DNA of 64,000 bases from Lytechinus pictus (Eukaryota), in contig NC_087250.1 in assembly GCF_037042905.1 (NCBI RefSeq), positions 24,430,001 to 24,494,000 on the forward strand, read 5' to 3'. The notes below the pieces were generated by a model, which had not been told where the DNA came from, searched no databases, and saw only the letters and a list, made by a program, of their open reading frames with translations. The translations under genes and the position numbers were made by a program. This document shows, piece after piece, positions 50,673 through 63,399 of the stretch. Within the stretch, counting starts at the first letter, position 1. Each line of letters starts with the position of its first letter.

Positions 50673-53600
50673 GTTTGTATTGCATGTTGATTATTAAATA
50701 CATCATTGCAGAAACTTAATGATTTATTTTGGCAAAAGTTCCATATGCACCCCCCCCCCCACTAAAATTGAAAATAAAAACATGGAGAAGGTTCAGAATA
50801 ATATATAGAACACATATGATAGGGGAGTGGAAATACATACCAAAATAATTCTTTATTCCATCAGGATCTAGTGCGTGTAATAAGCCTGTTCACGGTTGTA
50901 AACTGCGCACGAGCAGAAAGAGGTCATTGGAGACAACCATGAAGGTGGCTTTCAAATTCACTGACATAGGCATTTGTGATTTGATGATTATTCATGTATT
51001 CCTTTCAAAATATTTATCACATCCAAGCTGAAGAGTAATAAATAGAGCCTTCATAATCACTGGTATTTGACAGTAGCCTAAACAATAGTCAAATGTGCCA
51101 AAGGCAGACAATAAAACAGATTTCCAAACTTTATCCCTGATGTACTAGTATTCTAGTCACCTGGTCTCTACAATGCCTTTTGTTCTTAGAATTTGAATAC
51201 TCTACCGTAAAGCTTAAGCAACATCTACATTTGAAATTGATAGTGCTATATCCTAATGAAAAATCACAAAGGTCATTGGAGAAAAGTTGATCATGAGCTA
51301 ACCGTGAACTGGCTTATTGTCCATAGACATCGGTTTATTTAGTCAGTCAAGGGTCTGTGAGTTTAGACTAGTCGAACTATCGGCTGATAATCGTTAAAAT
51401 ACCCCTTCCGGTATTAGCGCTTCTCGCTAGCATAGCGGGAAAGGTCTTGACTGCAGATAAAACGAGGTGAGTTTGAGTCCCAACTAAGGTAAGCAACAGT
51501 AAAAAAAAGATGATAGAAAAATCTGAGGTGAACAAACCGGAAATCTCAACAATCTTTTATTATTTTTGGTGGGGGTGCATATGGAGCTGTCTCCTTTATT
51601 TTGTTCATGTACATTTTTCTATATTATGATATATTGTATTTTTCATCATTGTGTATTCTTAGTTTTAAAGCCATTTGGAAACCAAATTTCTTCGTATGCA
51701 TACAAATACATTGACCAATAAAATCATCTTTAATTTTTAGTATACAGAGGGAAAAAGGGACTCAGTGATACGCCATCAAAACCCCAAAAGAGCCCTGAAA
51801 AATGAAGGAAATAGGGCTCCGGATTGCTGTCAATTCCCATAAGGTCCAATGTAAAAAAAACTGTAACTTCTTAAATTTGGCTTCTGAGCTCAACAAGCTA
51901 AGAAGGAAACCATACTTGTACCCACAAAGGATTGTTTTTCATAGTCAGGCATACAGTAAAATATGTATACAGTGCGTCCCACAAAAAACGAAACCGAGAT
52001 TTATTGATGATTTATTATAACTTAATCACAAAAACAATAGGCAAATGACCTACCATTGTAAAGCTTAGAATCTCCTCTTTCATCTGGAATTACTTAGATT
52101 ATTTCTCATTCATGCATGAGTGAGCAAAGACAATTTGAAGAGGGGATACCATAAAGTAATTTGGCGGGCTGTATCTGGGTTTCAAAACAAAAACCACATT
52201 TTCAAAAAGTTCAATATCTGCTTTTTATTTTGATACCTCAATGACAGAAAATGGTCAAGAAATAACAAAGTTCTGGTTATTTGAAATAAGGCTTGAATTT
52301 CAATAATTTCATAAAATGAAGAGGTTCTACAGGCCAGCGTTTAAACTCACTCGACACTCCGTTTTGTTGACGATCAGCCATGCATTAAGTCTTTGGTTCC
52401 CTGTGCGATAGCTTCTGTGAGAAACCGGTGAAAACACGTTTATTCAATGAAGTTATCGAAATACAAGCATTGTTTTGAGGGAGCATAACTTTTTTACTTC
52501 TGGACCATTTTTGTGATTAAGGTATCAAATAAAAGAACAGAAATTGAACTTTTTAGGCATGTGATTTTCTTTTTGAAATTCAGATACCCCCGCCAAATGA
52601 TTTTTTGATATCCTTCAAATTGTCTTTGCTCACTCATGCGTGAATGAGGAATAATCTTAGTAATATCAGATGAAAGAGGAGATTCTAAGCTTTACAATGG
52701 TAGGTCATTTATCTATTTTATTTATGACTAATTTATGATAAATCATCGCTAAATCTCTGTTTCGTTTTTTTGTGGGACGCACTGTATATAGTCAAAGTTA
52801 GGGGGAAAGTGTATGTTTTTCAATTGTGTTTCAACCTATCACGAAAATAGATTATTCGAGGTATTATTGACAGTTCGCATGAACAATGCTTGAAAGATGA
52901 TTACTAAACTCTATTTTGAAAGTTCATATATGTATGTTGTAAGTTGATTTCCATAATTGATGCAATTCTATCTTTAAACCCTACAATTCTATACATTGTA
53001 CTTATATCGGTAGATAGATTTACTTTGTAATGAGATTGTAAATTGGCCTTTTCCTCTCTCCCGATGGGTGGTCAATATTTATATGCGTATAGACAAATAA
53101 AATAAAATAAAATAGTAATAATATTAAGTGAGATCACCCCCCCCCCAGCCCTGCACAAAAAATGTAATTCTACTTCCTTAACCAGTGTGTCTGTGGGTGT
53201 TGAAAAAGCTTAAGTCTGTTATTTTCATTTGTGTTTCATTTGTAGAAACGGAGAGTGGCTGAACTACTAGCTAAGGATATCCCAGATGATGAAGCAATGC
53301 TTATGAGCAATGGAAGGTTAGTATACAAATATTTCAGGCTTTTGAGTAAGTATGGCAGGAATCATTTGTCCGAGGTTGGACTGGTATTACTATTTGGTAA
53401 TTTTGCCAATACAACCGAGGATGCATGATTCCCTCTATACTTTCAAAAGAAAGGCCTGGTATATATTTTTTATTCCTACTTTTAATAAGTTAGAGCAATA
53501 GGTCTTGATAATCTAGTTCTCATACTTGTAGTTCATCTTTTATAATCTGAACCAAAATATCGATAATGCGCTGCGCTTACTGATACATTTTTCCTGAAGC

Positions 53601-55663
53601 CACGCGCTCAGTGGAACGCGGATTTGTGCCTGCGCCGCCCCTTCACCGGACTTGCCCGGTAGAGACACCTCGCTGACCGGTGTGCCAGAGAGATTGCATG
53701 ATCTAATGACGTCAATGATGGAATAATGCACTATTCCATCATTGACATCTTGGAAAAATAAATTTTCTTTAGTGGGTGTTCCATTCTCAACATCATTGCA
53801 AAATAGTGAGAATATGTTTGGTCACATGACGTTATTTAACCCAATCAGCATACTGGATTTAATATGTACGATACCATGAGGATCTGGCGAAAACTATTCA
53901 CACTATAGGAACATCAGTAGGACCCTATCGGTGTTCCTGAGTGTGGAATAGTTTTAGTTTGTTCAGAAAACAAGTAATTTTATATTTGTTTTATATTCCT
54001 TCCACCCGTATCATTCCTAATCTCATCGGATGTAAAATAAGAAAGTTATAATATTTCACTAAACAGTTATGCACATCCTGGCTGGTATGCAAATGACGAG
54101 ACTATGACATCATACACTCACTATTTCTTTTGTATTTTATTATATGAAATATTCTAATGTTCACCTCATTGTCAAGTGATACAATGAATTCCTCCTTGAA
54201 CATGTGAAATTAGCATTGTTTAATACTATATGGTTCCGTCAAGTTGGTCCTTGTTGTCAAATCTATAAAAAATGAAATATTGTATAATTCAAACAATAAA
54301 AAAACAAAAGAAATAGTGAGTGATGGACATCATTGACTGACTCACCTAGTTGTTCATATCACTGTTTTGTGAAAAAATAAGCGAAACTTTAAAATGTCAT
54401 AACTTTCTTATATTACATCCGATTTTGATGAAATTTTCAGCACTATGCTAGTTTGATTTTTCTCTATTTATTCAAGTCAGCATTTTCCTGGGGTGGACTT
54501 GACCTTTAATAACTTATGGAATAGGTGGGGGAAAATGTGAGTTAATTTTTCTATGTGTGATGTAAGGAAGGAAAAATGATGAAGTATTTCATGGTAAACG
54601 TATTAGATGAAAAATTATTTAATTTCCCCTTGTGTACATTCTCTATGCAACAATCTAAAGCAAGGAATATACATGTATGTAGCATGCCATATCAATTCAA
54701 TGGACTTTGGGCTGGACTTGACCTCGATTGGGTCGAGTCATGTGAGTAAAGTTTATGGAAGAAACTTTCTCCTGTGGAGAAATGATTTATGATGACTGCA
54801 AGTATGCGTTTGTCATTTGTCTGATGGTGTATTGAATGCTTGGGGATTATTAGATTATTTTCAAATTCCTGAAAAAATATATATAGAATTGTATATGTCA
54901 AGTGACATGTGGTGGAGCTGCTCTCTTTTTATGTGATAAAATAAAAAACTTGAATGCCTCATTAGACTGATCTTTGTCAAACCTTTGTCAAATATTTTCT
55001 TTAAAACTCTGCCTTAACTTTATGTACATCATTTTTACAGTAGATCAGGGTGAACTTTCTCTTTAAAGCTTCTTGGTGGTTCTTCATTGCTGTTTCCATC
55101 ATGTATGTTAGAACAGTGTTGCTATTGCTTAATCACTGGTTTTTATCATTTGAATACCCAGGTATGCGTGTACGGTTTGCCATTATAAGCCAGTATTCGA
55201 CACGGTTGATATGCTGACAGTTCACCGAGCTGGAAAGAAACATCAACATGGTATGTATCACCAGTAGTTGACTCTTTGCTTGATATTGGCAGCCAAATAG
55301 AAGAGGACTGCTTTTGAGGAATAAGGTTGAGGTTTCCACATTCATGTTTGATTTTGCCTTGTGTGCAATAGCTCATGACAGCACTATGAACTTAATCATA
55401 ATCATAATTATCATCTTTTTTATCAATTTCACTACCGCCATCATCACCATCATCACAATCATCACAATCATCATCATCACAATTATCACCATCATCATCA
55501 TGATCATGATAATCATCATCATCTTCACTACCATCATCATCATCACTACCATCATCACCATCATTATCATTATCACCATCATCATTATCATCATCATCAT
55601 CATCACCATCACCATTATCATCATCATCATGAATCACCATCATCATCATGAATCATCATCATC

Positions 55664-55695
<32 letters not shown>

Positions 55696-58600
55696 TATCA
55701 TCACCATCACTATCATTATTATCATCATCATTGTAACCACCATCATCATCATCATTATCATCATCATCATCATTGTCACCACCATCATCATCATCATCAC
55801 CATCATTAATATCACCATCAGTGTCACCATCATCATTACCATCACAATCATCACCACCATCATAATCATCAACTTCATTTTAACCGACCAAGGGTAAGGT
55901 AATCATGGCAATGATGTTGTCTAGTCTGAAAAAATAAAGAATGTAAATAGTGCATTCCCAATATCCCAAGTAAAGGTAATTGATGATTTTAACACATCAC
56001 ATAATTTTGTTACCCATTTATTCTGCAGCTACTGAAAATCATTTTGCAAAGAAGAGAGAGCTTGCTTTGCTGGTAAGAAAGAGAAGACAAGAAGAAGAAA
56101 TCAAGAGAGAGAGTCAGAAAGGAAAGAATCAGGTAATTATAAATGACCAGTCCAGTTGGATGTTTCATAAAGCTGTTCGTAAGATACAAATGACTTTACG
56201 CATGACTGGTGATCCTTTCTTTTGCTATGTGATATATCCCTATGTAATTAATCTATGACCTAAGAACATGTTCCAGTCATGTGTAAAGTCTTTCCTAACT
56301 TTACAAACAGCTTTATGAAACACCCACCTGGTCAAGTGATCTAGGGGTACGTTGGGTGTTACCCCGGGGTTAGGGGTACCCCCCCTTTGGAAAAGTAAAC
56401 AAAAAAGGGAATTGTCGCCTGTTTTGGGAATTCAAATGCCTTTGTGTTTAGAAAATTTTTGAGGAGGTAATGTTGAGCCTTCCACATTTGAATTTTTTGT
56501 TGACAGAAACCAAATTTTTTGACCAAATGGATCCCCCTAATGATCTTGTACAAACTTAAATATACAGTATCTGACAATCATGCATGTAAACTTCCATAAG
56601 TTGAGCTTCTATTAAAATATTCACCCAATTGAAGCAACGTTTTTACCCAATTTTGCAAAGCCTCTGTTGTATAGTCATTTTGAATTTCAATTAAGTCAAT
56701 TTTCAATGATCTCGATAGAATAAAGTTTAGGCAAAGTTACTTGTATCTTCAATGTACAGAGGGAATCTAGTTGAAATTGTGAATGAAGGTGAGATGAATA
56801 GCATTATGACATCTTGTATCTAGAGTAACAAAACAGGATAAAACAATTAAGAAATCATGATTTTTTGTTTGTAATGTTCTTCTAATTAAGGAAACTGAGC
56901 CATCCCCCCTATTGCTGAAAGTGGAAGCGGCCAAAAGACGCACGCTGCTGAAGGAAGCTCCGTACAATCCTTGTCATACACACAAAAATGAAGGGTGAGT
57001 CTATTTTCTAAAGGGAGATTAATTATCTTGTTACGGAGGGGCTATTTATTTATTTCACAGGTAATTTAATCAGGGGGATATGAAAAAAATGGTCATTTCC
57101 AGGATAATACAAACTGTTACATTTATGATGTGCTACACTGGTCTTTCACCAAATGCCCATACTCTCACACTTGTGATTATTTTTATTATAAAATGCAAGA
57201 CTGATGGTCTACGGTATTCTCGTGCCAAATGAGGACCGAGTGGAAGTGAATTTCCTGTAAATGCTTGGCAATATCGAGAATGTAAATCTACGAAGGTCAA
57301 ATTTACAAAACTAGCTGAGGAGACAAAATGATTGAGAACTTGATTTAGAAGCTAAGAACATGTCACCAGTTGTGCATGAAATAATTCATAAATTAAAGTT
57401 TATGAAACAGCACCGAGATTGGTAAAAATTAAGTTTTCAGGTAAACTTGCATAAGTTGACCCTCCATAAGTTAAGTATTCGCCTGTACATTAAAGCAAGT
57501 CTTTAGATATGATTATGCAAAACATATTCTGTCGTCCCACTAGTAACGAATCAGGCACAGTCACCGGTATTTTTTGTATGAATTCGTTTTACAGACCTTT
57601 CAAAAAGTCAAAGAACAAGCTATTCTTCCAGTCCATCCGGCAGATCAGTTCTACCAATCAGATGACAGGGAATTCAAATCTAGCCAATCAGGACCAAGAT
57701 CTTTCGCATTCTTCAAATGAACATAGTAAAACTCCTATCGCTACTCAACAGACTCCTCAACCAGGTTTTTCTAATGATCACCCTCATGGTGCTATTGCCG
57801 GCCCTACTACTGCTCCTCGAAAAGAAGGTTTCAAGCCTGGTTTAAAGTCTAGCTTACAGGCTCGAGCTCCAGGAGTTTCTAGCTTTCAAATCAGACCATA
57901 CATTTCAAAAGCAAAGAGGAATGCAATGAATGATAAAGCAAACCCTTCAAAACAACCAGATCCTAAACCTGATTTAGGAAAGCCATCGACAACCTCATTC
58001 CCAAGTTCCTACAACGAATCATTCCTTTCCGTTCAAGATCAATTGTATGGAGGTGAGGTTGAGAACTCGGTTGAATTCATCAGGGAATTCCAAAGTACAC
58101 AGAACTCAGAAGTTGATGACTATGCTAGCATTACCAAGCTTAGACAGGCCAAAGATGAGAGGATCACTAAAGGAACTTCAGGCAGCTTCTTCCAGAGGGA
58201 ATCGCCATGTGGCAACATGCATCAGGATTCCAGGTTAGATGTAGATTGTGGAGAGAAGGGTTCCCGGCAGCATGGACAAGGTCCTGCACCGAAGCCTGAG
58301 TTTGTGAGAGGTTTCCAGGGGTGTAGCCAAGGGACTTCCATTGAGCCTCAGGATGTGAGGGGTTTCCAGGAGTGTTGCCAAGGGACACTCCAACATCCTC
58401 AGGGTGTGAGGGGTATTCAGAGGTGTGGCCAAGGGACTTCCCTGGAGCCTCAGGGTTTGAAGGATCTCCAGGACAGCAGAAGAGGGGCCAGAGTAGAGGA
58501 AGAAAGGACTAAACAAAGAGCGCTAAAGACAAAGCAGAAGAGCAAATCAAAGATGACAAATGAGAAGAAGAAAGAACTCCAGAAATACTTAGAGCTTACC

Positions 58601-59937
58601 AGGTATGTATGAAGTACCAAAGCAATGATCTCACCAAATAGCTTTTTCGCATTTCACTGGATTCAATACCACATTTTGACGAAGCATGAAAGACATCAAG
58701 CATCTGCATTGGGTGGGAATCGGGTCTATGAGGGCCCAAAGTGTAACTGTATGTCCTCTCGCCTTTGCCTTGTTGAAGTTAATCAATGTAAATCTTTCAA
58801 AGAACTAAGCTAGTTATATCAATTTCAGTAGGGCCTATTGTTCACTCATTTTGCCAAACCTTGGGCCACCATATACAGATTCATGTTAAATTAGGTGTGT
58901 GGATGTTAGTCATGCTGTCCTGACATTTGGTCATGAATATGCTGCAATGCACAAAAAGAAAACTATGATGTCACACTTTGGGAATCTATAATAACACTTT
59001 TCCAGTTGATGGTTGTCTTTACGTGTATGCCTTTTTAATATTGTTTTATTTGTAATTAACTGTTGCTCATATTTAAATTCTTTACTAGTTTGTTGATGTT
59101 GAAATGTGTGTTTCTTGCAATCTAATAAATTGATTGCAAGATGTTTTTTCAGTAATGAATGTTAATCAGGGAGTAGCCTAGATAGGTCTATTTGGCTTTT
59201 GCTACTCCCTCACATCCCATTCATTACCCTGTGTAATTTGATTTTTTTTCTGTCATTTTAAAATATTCATTACTCCATTATAATTGAATCATTTTGATTG
59301 ATTTGATTTGATCTCGAGGTACTGTATCTTGTATGTTTTTTTTTTTTAGAGATATGAAATAAATTTGAATTTGAAAAAAAGTTGAATAAGTGGAGATGGA
59401 GAGTAGGAGGGTTGGGCTAAGGATGGAGGATGCAATGAATCATACAGCTGCCCTCAACCCAGGTGAGATAAATGGGTACCTGCAGAAAGTAATTCCTCAA
59501 AAAGCTGTGTGCCCCTGAATCGATAGCCTAGCCAAGCCGGGGTAATAATAATAGCGGGGCCTGCTGTGAGAACAGTTATCGGAACTGAAGTGGCTACCCT
59601 GGGTAAAATATACTGTTATTATTATTACAGAGTAGAGGAAGGAGCTGAGGCCGATTGCTATGAGTGTAACGGGAAGCCCGCATCCCCGGTTGTGTTGGCA
59701 CAAAGGCGGAGTTAATCATTTGTCAACTGATTGTCTTGGAGCTTCATTTGATTGTAAACTGAAATTGAATTTTGGATATGTTCTTCCTCATCCCATTCTT
59801 GCTTTCACTCATGTTGTTGTTTTATTTTGTATTGCCTTTGTTTTGACAGTTCTGGCTGGGTCCAAGACAACGGAGGTAACTGGGTCAAAGGTCAGGATGT
59901 GGAATTTGATTCGGATGAAGAGCCACCAACATCTTAG
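50622..59937 (+). CDS. SCNM1: Sodium channel modifier 1 homologue (zinc-finger splicing factor), 7 coding exons, 504 aa
   Basis: join(50622..50672,53246..53316,55162..55250,56029..56132,56891..56994,57595..58602,59850..59937) = 1515 nt, all GT-AG and phase-consistent. The N-terminus MSFKREGDDVSQLNLLKKRRVAELLA, the finger CTVC..HRAGKKH and the C-terminus GW..W..VEFDSDEEPP match SCNM1 as I recall it. Confidence 0.93.
50879..51318. mobile_element. Unclassified MITE with ~19-bp TIR
   Basis: AATAAGCCTGTTCACGGTT ... AACCGTGAACTGGCTTATT with GT on both flanks. Confidence 0.65.
51970..52784. mobile_element. Intact Tc1/mariner-type MITE (815 bp) in an SCNM1 intron
   Basis: TA|CAGTGCGTCCCACAAAAAACGAAAC ... 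GTTTCGTTTTTTTGTGGGACGCACTG|TA with ~300-bp inverted arms. Confidence 0.9.
53246..53316 (+). CDS. SCNM1: SCNM1 coding exon 2 (KRRVAELLAKDIPDDEAMLMSNG)
   Basis: TTGTAG acceptor, GTTAGT donor. Confidence 0.92.
54025..54505. mobile_element. Kolobok-like MITE, left-truncated copy
   Basis: Matches 27620-28123 and ends GGTGGACTTGACCT|TTAA. Confidence 0.8.
55162..55250 (+). CDS. SCNM1: SCNM1 coding exon 3 (zinc finger YACTVCHYKPVFDTVDMLTVHRAGKKHQH)
   Basis: CCCAG acceptor, GTATGT donor, C2H2-type motif. Confidence 0.92.
55395..55872. repeat. Imperfect (ATC)n microsatellite, intronic
   Basis: Runs of ATC, ACC and ATT triplets. Confidence 0.95.
56029..56132 (+). CDS. SCNM1: SCNM1 coding exon 4
   Basis: CTGCAG acceptor, GTAATT donor; TENHFAKKRELALLVRKRRQEEEIKRESQKGKNQ. 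Confidence 0.88.
56154..56328. mobile_element. Harbinger-like MITE
   Basis: TGTTTCATAAAGCTGTTCGTAAG ... TTTACAAACAGCTTTATGAAACA inverted ends. Confidence 0.7.
56891..56994 (+). CDS. SCNM1: SCNM1 coding exon 5
   Basis: TTAAG acceptor, GTGAGT donor; ETEPSPLLLKVEAAKRRTLLKEAPYNPCH. Confidence 0.85.
57595..58602 (+). CDS. SCNM1: SCNM1 coding exon 6 (1008 bp, low complexity, 17-aa repeats)
   Basis: TTTTACAG acceptor, GTATGT donor, within ORF 57509-58612. Ends with ELQKYLELT before the GW motif. Confidence 0.85.
59440..59626 (+). mobile_element. 5'-truncated SINE body and tail
   Basis: CTCAACCCAGGTG..AAATGGGTACC core typical of deuterostome SINEs, with a (TTA)n tail. Confidence 0.65.
59850..59937 (+). 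CDS. SCNM1: SCNM1 coding exon 7 (SGWVQDNGGNWVKGQDVEFDSDEEPPTS*)
   Basis: TTGACAG acceptor, acidic C-terminal motif, TAG stop. Confidence 0.92.
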
Positions 59938-60062
59938 TCCATGTGCTCTTGGACATTTCACTTGAACAGAAAATGAGGCTCCTACTTGCTCAACACTTCT
60001 TCAATAGACAAAACAACAGCTCCGAGCAACCCTCTGATTGAAAGGCGCTTAAGGCGGGAGTC

Positions 60063-60637
60063 TGACAATTATACTAGAAGCTTCCAGAATAGTGAAAATT
60101 TATATATATAAGCTGGCAGATTCTTCATGCACTTCATCATATCAGATCAGAACTCAGAGTTTCACACCAGATTTTATGTCAGAGCATAGTTTATATCTTC
60201 TGTGGAATTATTTGCACGCCATCAATGAACCGTTTGCAGTTATTTTGAGAGAGGAATTCTCAGTTCTCATCGAGATCATCAACCTGTTTTAATAAACGCT
60301 TTTCAACACTTGGATTACTGAAATTGATTGTTAATCCTCATCCACATCATCTTCACAGACATTTCAACTTGTTACAGTGACTATTGCTATTCATCGTGCT
60401 TCAACATAAATTTCATCATCGCCATCATTGTGAACTATAATTTAAGGAATCTTCGCCAACCAACTTGGATTTAATACAGGACTATCATAACTTTGGATCG
60501 CACATCTACATGTAACTCTTCAAAACATGTGAGATGTTTGTTTTTTGTTTTGGGTGTATGCTTGATCTATTTCCTGTAATAAAAAGGGAAATCAAATTTA
60601 AAACTAAATTTTCATTATTTGTTGCAGTATCGTAACA
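60063..60637 (+). mobile_element. LTR-like repeat, copy 2 (partial)
   Basis: Reverse complement of 9223-9816. TATATAA near 60105, AATAAA at 60291 and 60578, ends GTAACA. Confidence 0.55.
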
Positions 60638-61149
60638 ACAGTTGAATCTGCCTCATCAGGCATCCATATATAAAATGAAGGATGGGGAAGTTTTGAGACC
60701 GTGGCTCCTTTAGATACATAGTACTTACAATTTGGATAATCCAGAGCATCAATTACAAGAAATTTGGTAGCATTGAAAAAAAAATCATATCTATGTTCAT
60801 ACAAGAATTTATTGTATGTTTCATGAAAATCTTGACATTTGATTGGCTGATGAAACATGTTACCATGGTAGTTGCAGTAGTTACAAATGTACAATAGTTG
60901 TAACTAATTGTGAAGTGGGTGCTAGAACATGCAAAGCATGCATAATTCATATATTTATCCTTCAGTTTTACCTAAACTTGACCAATATCAATCAGAAGTA
61001 GTCCATGTATTTTATATACTTGTATACCTATATACAGTAATTCAGTTAGATTTGACAGAGGAAGAAGGAGGAAAAGAAGAACAACAAAAAGGAGGAGGAT
61101 GGAGGAGGAGGAGAAGAACAACAATGAGAAAGAGAAGAATAAGGAGAAG

Positions 61150-62599
61150 AAAACTTCAGTTTAATTTAACCAAAGCTCATAATTTGGTGTGTATGATACT
61201 AGCATGGATCCCAGGAAGCCTATTGATTTTGAGGTCAAAAGGTCAAAGTCACAGTGACATGTTTTCATCTTACCCTTCTAAAGTCTTTGTACAAATAAAC
61301 GTGATATTTTCAGTTTAGCCATGGTTTAACTTAACCTAGGCTCAGCTAATTTGGTGTGTATGATACTAGCATGGATCCCAGGAAGCCTATTGATTTTTAG
61401 ATCAAAGGTCAAGGTCACAGTGACGTTTTCATCTTACCCTTCTGCAGTCCTTGTAAACGCGATAACTTCAGTTTAACTTAGCCGAGGCTCATATAATTTG
61501 GTGTGTATAATACTAGCATGGATCCCAGGAAGCCTATTGATTTTGAGGTCAAGGTCATATTGACATGTTTTTATCTTCCCCTTCTAAAGTCTTTGTACAA
61601 ATAAACGTGATAACTTCAGTTTAGCCATGGTTTAACTTAACCTCGGCTTATATAATTTGATGTGTATGATACTAGCATGGATCCCAAGAAGTGATTTTGA
61701 GGTCAAGGTCATACTGACATATTTTTATCTTACCCTTCTTAAGTCTTTGTAAACGCAATAACTTAAATTTAACTAAACCTAAGCTCATATGATTTGGTGT
61801 GTACATGTACATGTATGATACTTGCATGGATCCCAGGAAGCCTATTGATTTTTAGGTCAAAAGTTCAAAGTTCAAGCCAAGCTCACAATAGGTGGTTTCA
61901 GACCGCCTCGAAGTTCGTCAGTTCCAGGTATTCTCTGATCGGGAAATTTACCCCGATCAGAAAATACCAGGTATTTTGGTAATGTGAAAGCAAACTATGC
62001 GTAATTTCCCCGAAAGAAAATACCCGCTAAATAGTAGGTACTTGGCGAAATTACGAGAACTTTCGCTGGGATTTTTCCAAGGTCGCAGGTATTTTGGCAA
62101 TGTGAAAGCAATTTACGGGAACTTTTATCCCAGCGTGTCGTTGGGCGCGGGCGCCGTGGGTGGCTGCTGGGCTAGTGGTTTTGAATCTCGCGCCTTGCCT
62201 GCTTATTAGACCATACTGCGCATGCTCCTAACTTCAGGAATTTATCTCGAAGGGTATGTTTCGGGGCGGTGTGAATGCAGGAATAATTAATGGGTATTTT
62301 TCAGCCTAAAAATGTTCTCGTAATTTAACGGGGATTCTTGTGATCGAGGCGGTTTGAAACCACCTATAGACATGTTTTCATCTTACCCTTCTGAAGTCCT
62401 TGTAAATGCGATAACTTTATCTATGTTCATATAATTTGGTGTGTATGGTACTAGCATAGATCCTAGCAGTTCTATTGATTTTGAGGTCAGAAGGTTGAAG
62501 GTGAAGTCGCCACCTTCCACTTTTCTTGCTTGACCAATAACTCCATTTTCCATGTTACAGGCGGGCGTATTTTAAGCTCGCTTTAGCGACACTCTTGTT
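61150..62599 (+). mobile_element. Helentron/DINE-1-like element with ~120-135 bp tandem repeats
   Basis: Repeated AATTTGGTGTGTATGATACTAGCATGGATCCCAGGAAGCCTATTGATTTTGAGGTCAA. 3' hairpin TCGCTTTAGCGA followed by CTCTTGTT. Confidence 0.55.
61888..62367. mobile_element. MITE with ~24-bp TIR nested in the tandem array
   Basis: ATAGGTGGTTTCAGACCGCCTCGA ... TCGAGGCGGTTTGAAACCACCTAT. Confidence 0.8.
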
Positions 62600-63399
62600 G
62601 AGTGTACGAAAGCATTGATTTCACCACTGCAGCATTCATACTATTTTTATTCCTTGTATGAATTAATATTTCTCTTTTATTCCATCTTTTACAGAGCAAA
62701 CTTTCTAATGGATCATGGTGAATGGAGCAATAGTGTGATGCTACTGGCCAGATACTCGTTTGTGGAGTTTGGTTGTAAGTCTTATGTTGCATTCCTGTTT
62801 AATGGGTGGATATTTCTCTATTCAAGCTGTCATGCTTTTATTTGCAGCAAACTTGAAAATGGGTTCGGTCACTGTGAAACCCGGTATGGTGGCTGGCTGT
62901 TTGATGAGCAAATAGTAAGAATTCATCTCATCATAATTTTGATTGCAGGAACTATCTTTGCTAGTCCTGGAGTTGAAACACTAACCTACATATAATTATA
63001 TGTGACATGTTTGTATGATAAGACATGGTGCATACAATCTGTTGTGGTCTAGCATGAATAAAGCCAAATCTGCTGTACGCTGGTTTCTAAACCTTGTTAA
63101 ATATCTTTAACACCCATGTTGAAACACCTTTCAGCCTCTGCATGCTTTTTTTTATTATGCCCATAGATTTGTGAAGAGAAGGTAGTAATGTCCCTGTTTT
63201 TCATCTTGTTGTAATCCTTTGTCCCTGTATGAGTGGTTTAATGTTGATGAGGTTTGGGGCCTGGTTATTTGGTGTGTCTGGTGTACCTGCACCTTGAACA
63301 CCATGACAGGAAACCATTAGGGAGCTCACTGGCCATGGTGTTAAAACAGTTCATACCCTAGTTATACCTGTATAACACCAAAGGGACCACTGTGAAAGC

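Noticed and set aside
55314..55878. Poly-Ile, poly-Met and poly-Asp ORFs
   Set aside because: Artefacts of an intronic (ATC)n microsatellite.
57509..57594. ATG at 57509 as the start of a standalone 367-aa gene
   Set aside because: The ORF is an internal SCNM1 exon with an acceptor at 57594 and a donor at 58603.
50673..59849. U12-type introns in SCNM1 (autoregulation idea)
   Set aside because: None of the six donors matches the U12 consensus RTATCCTT; all look U2-type.
9223..60637. The two LTR-like copies as ends of one giant element
   Set aside because: They are inverted, ~50 kb apart, diverged, differ in extent, share no TSD and enclose ordinary host genes.
62615..62995. 126-aa plus-strand ORF, or a minus-strand terminal exon near 62984
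   Set aside because: No recognisable domain or partner exons in the window. A last exon of a gene beyond the window cannot be excluded but is unsupported.
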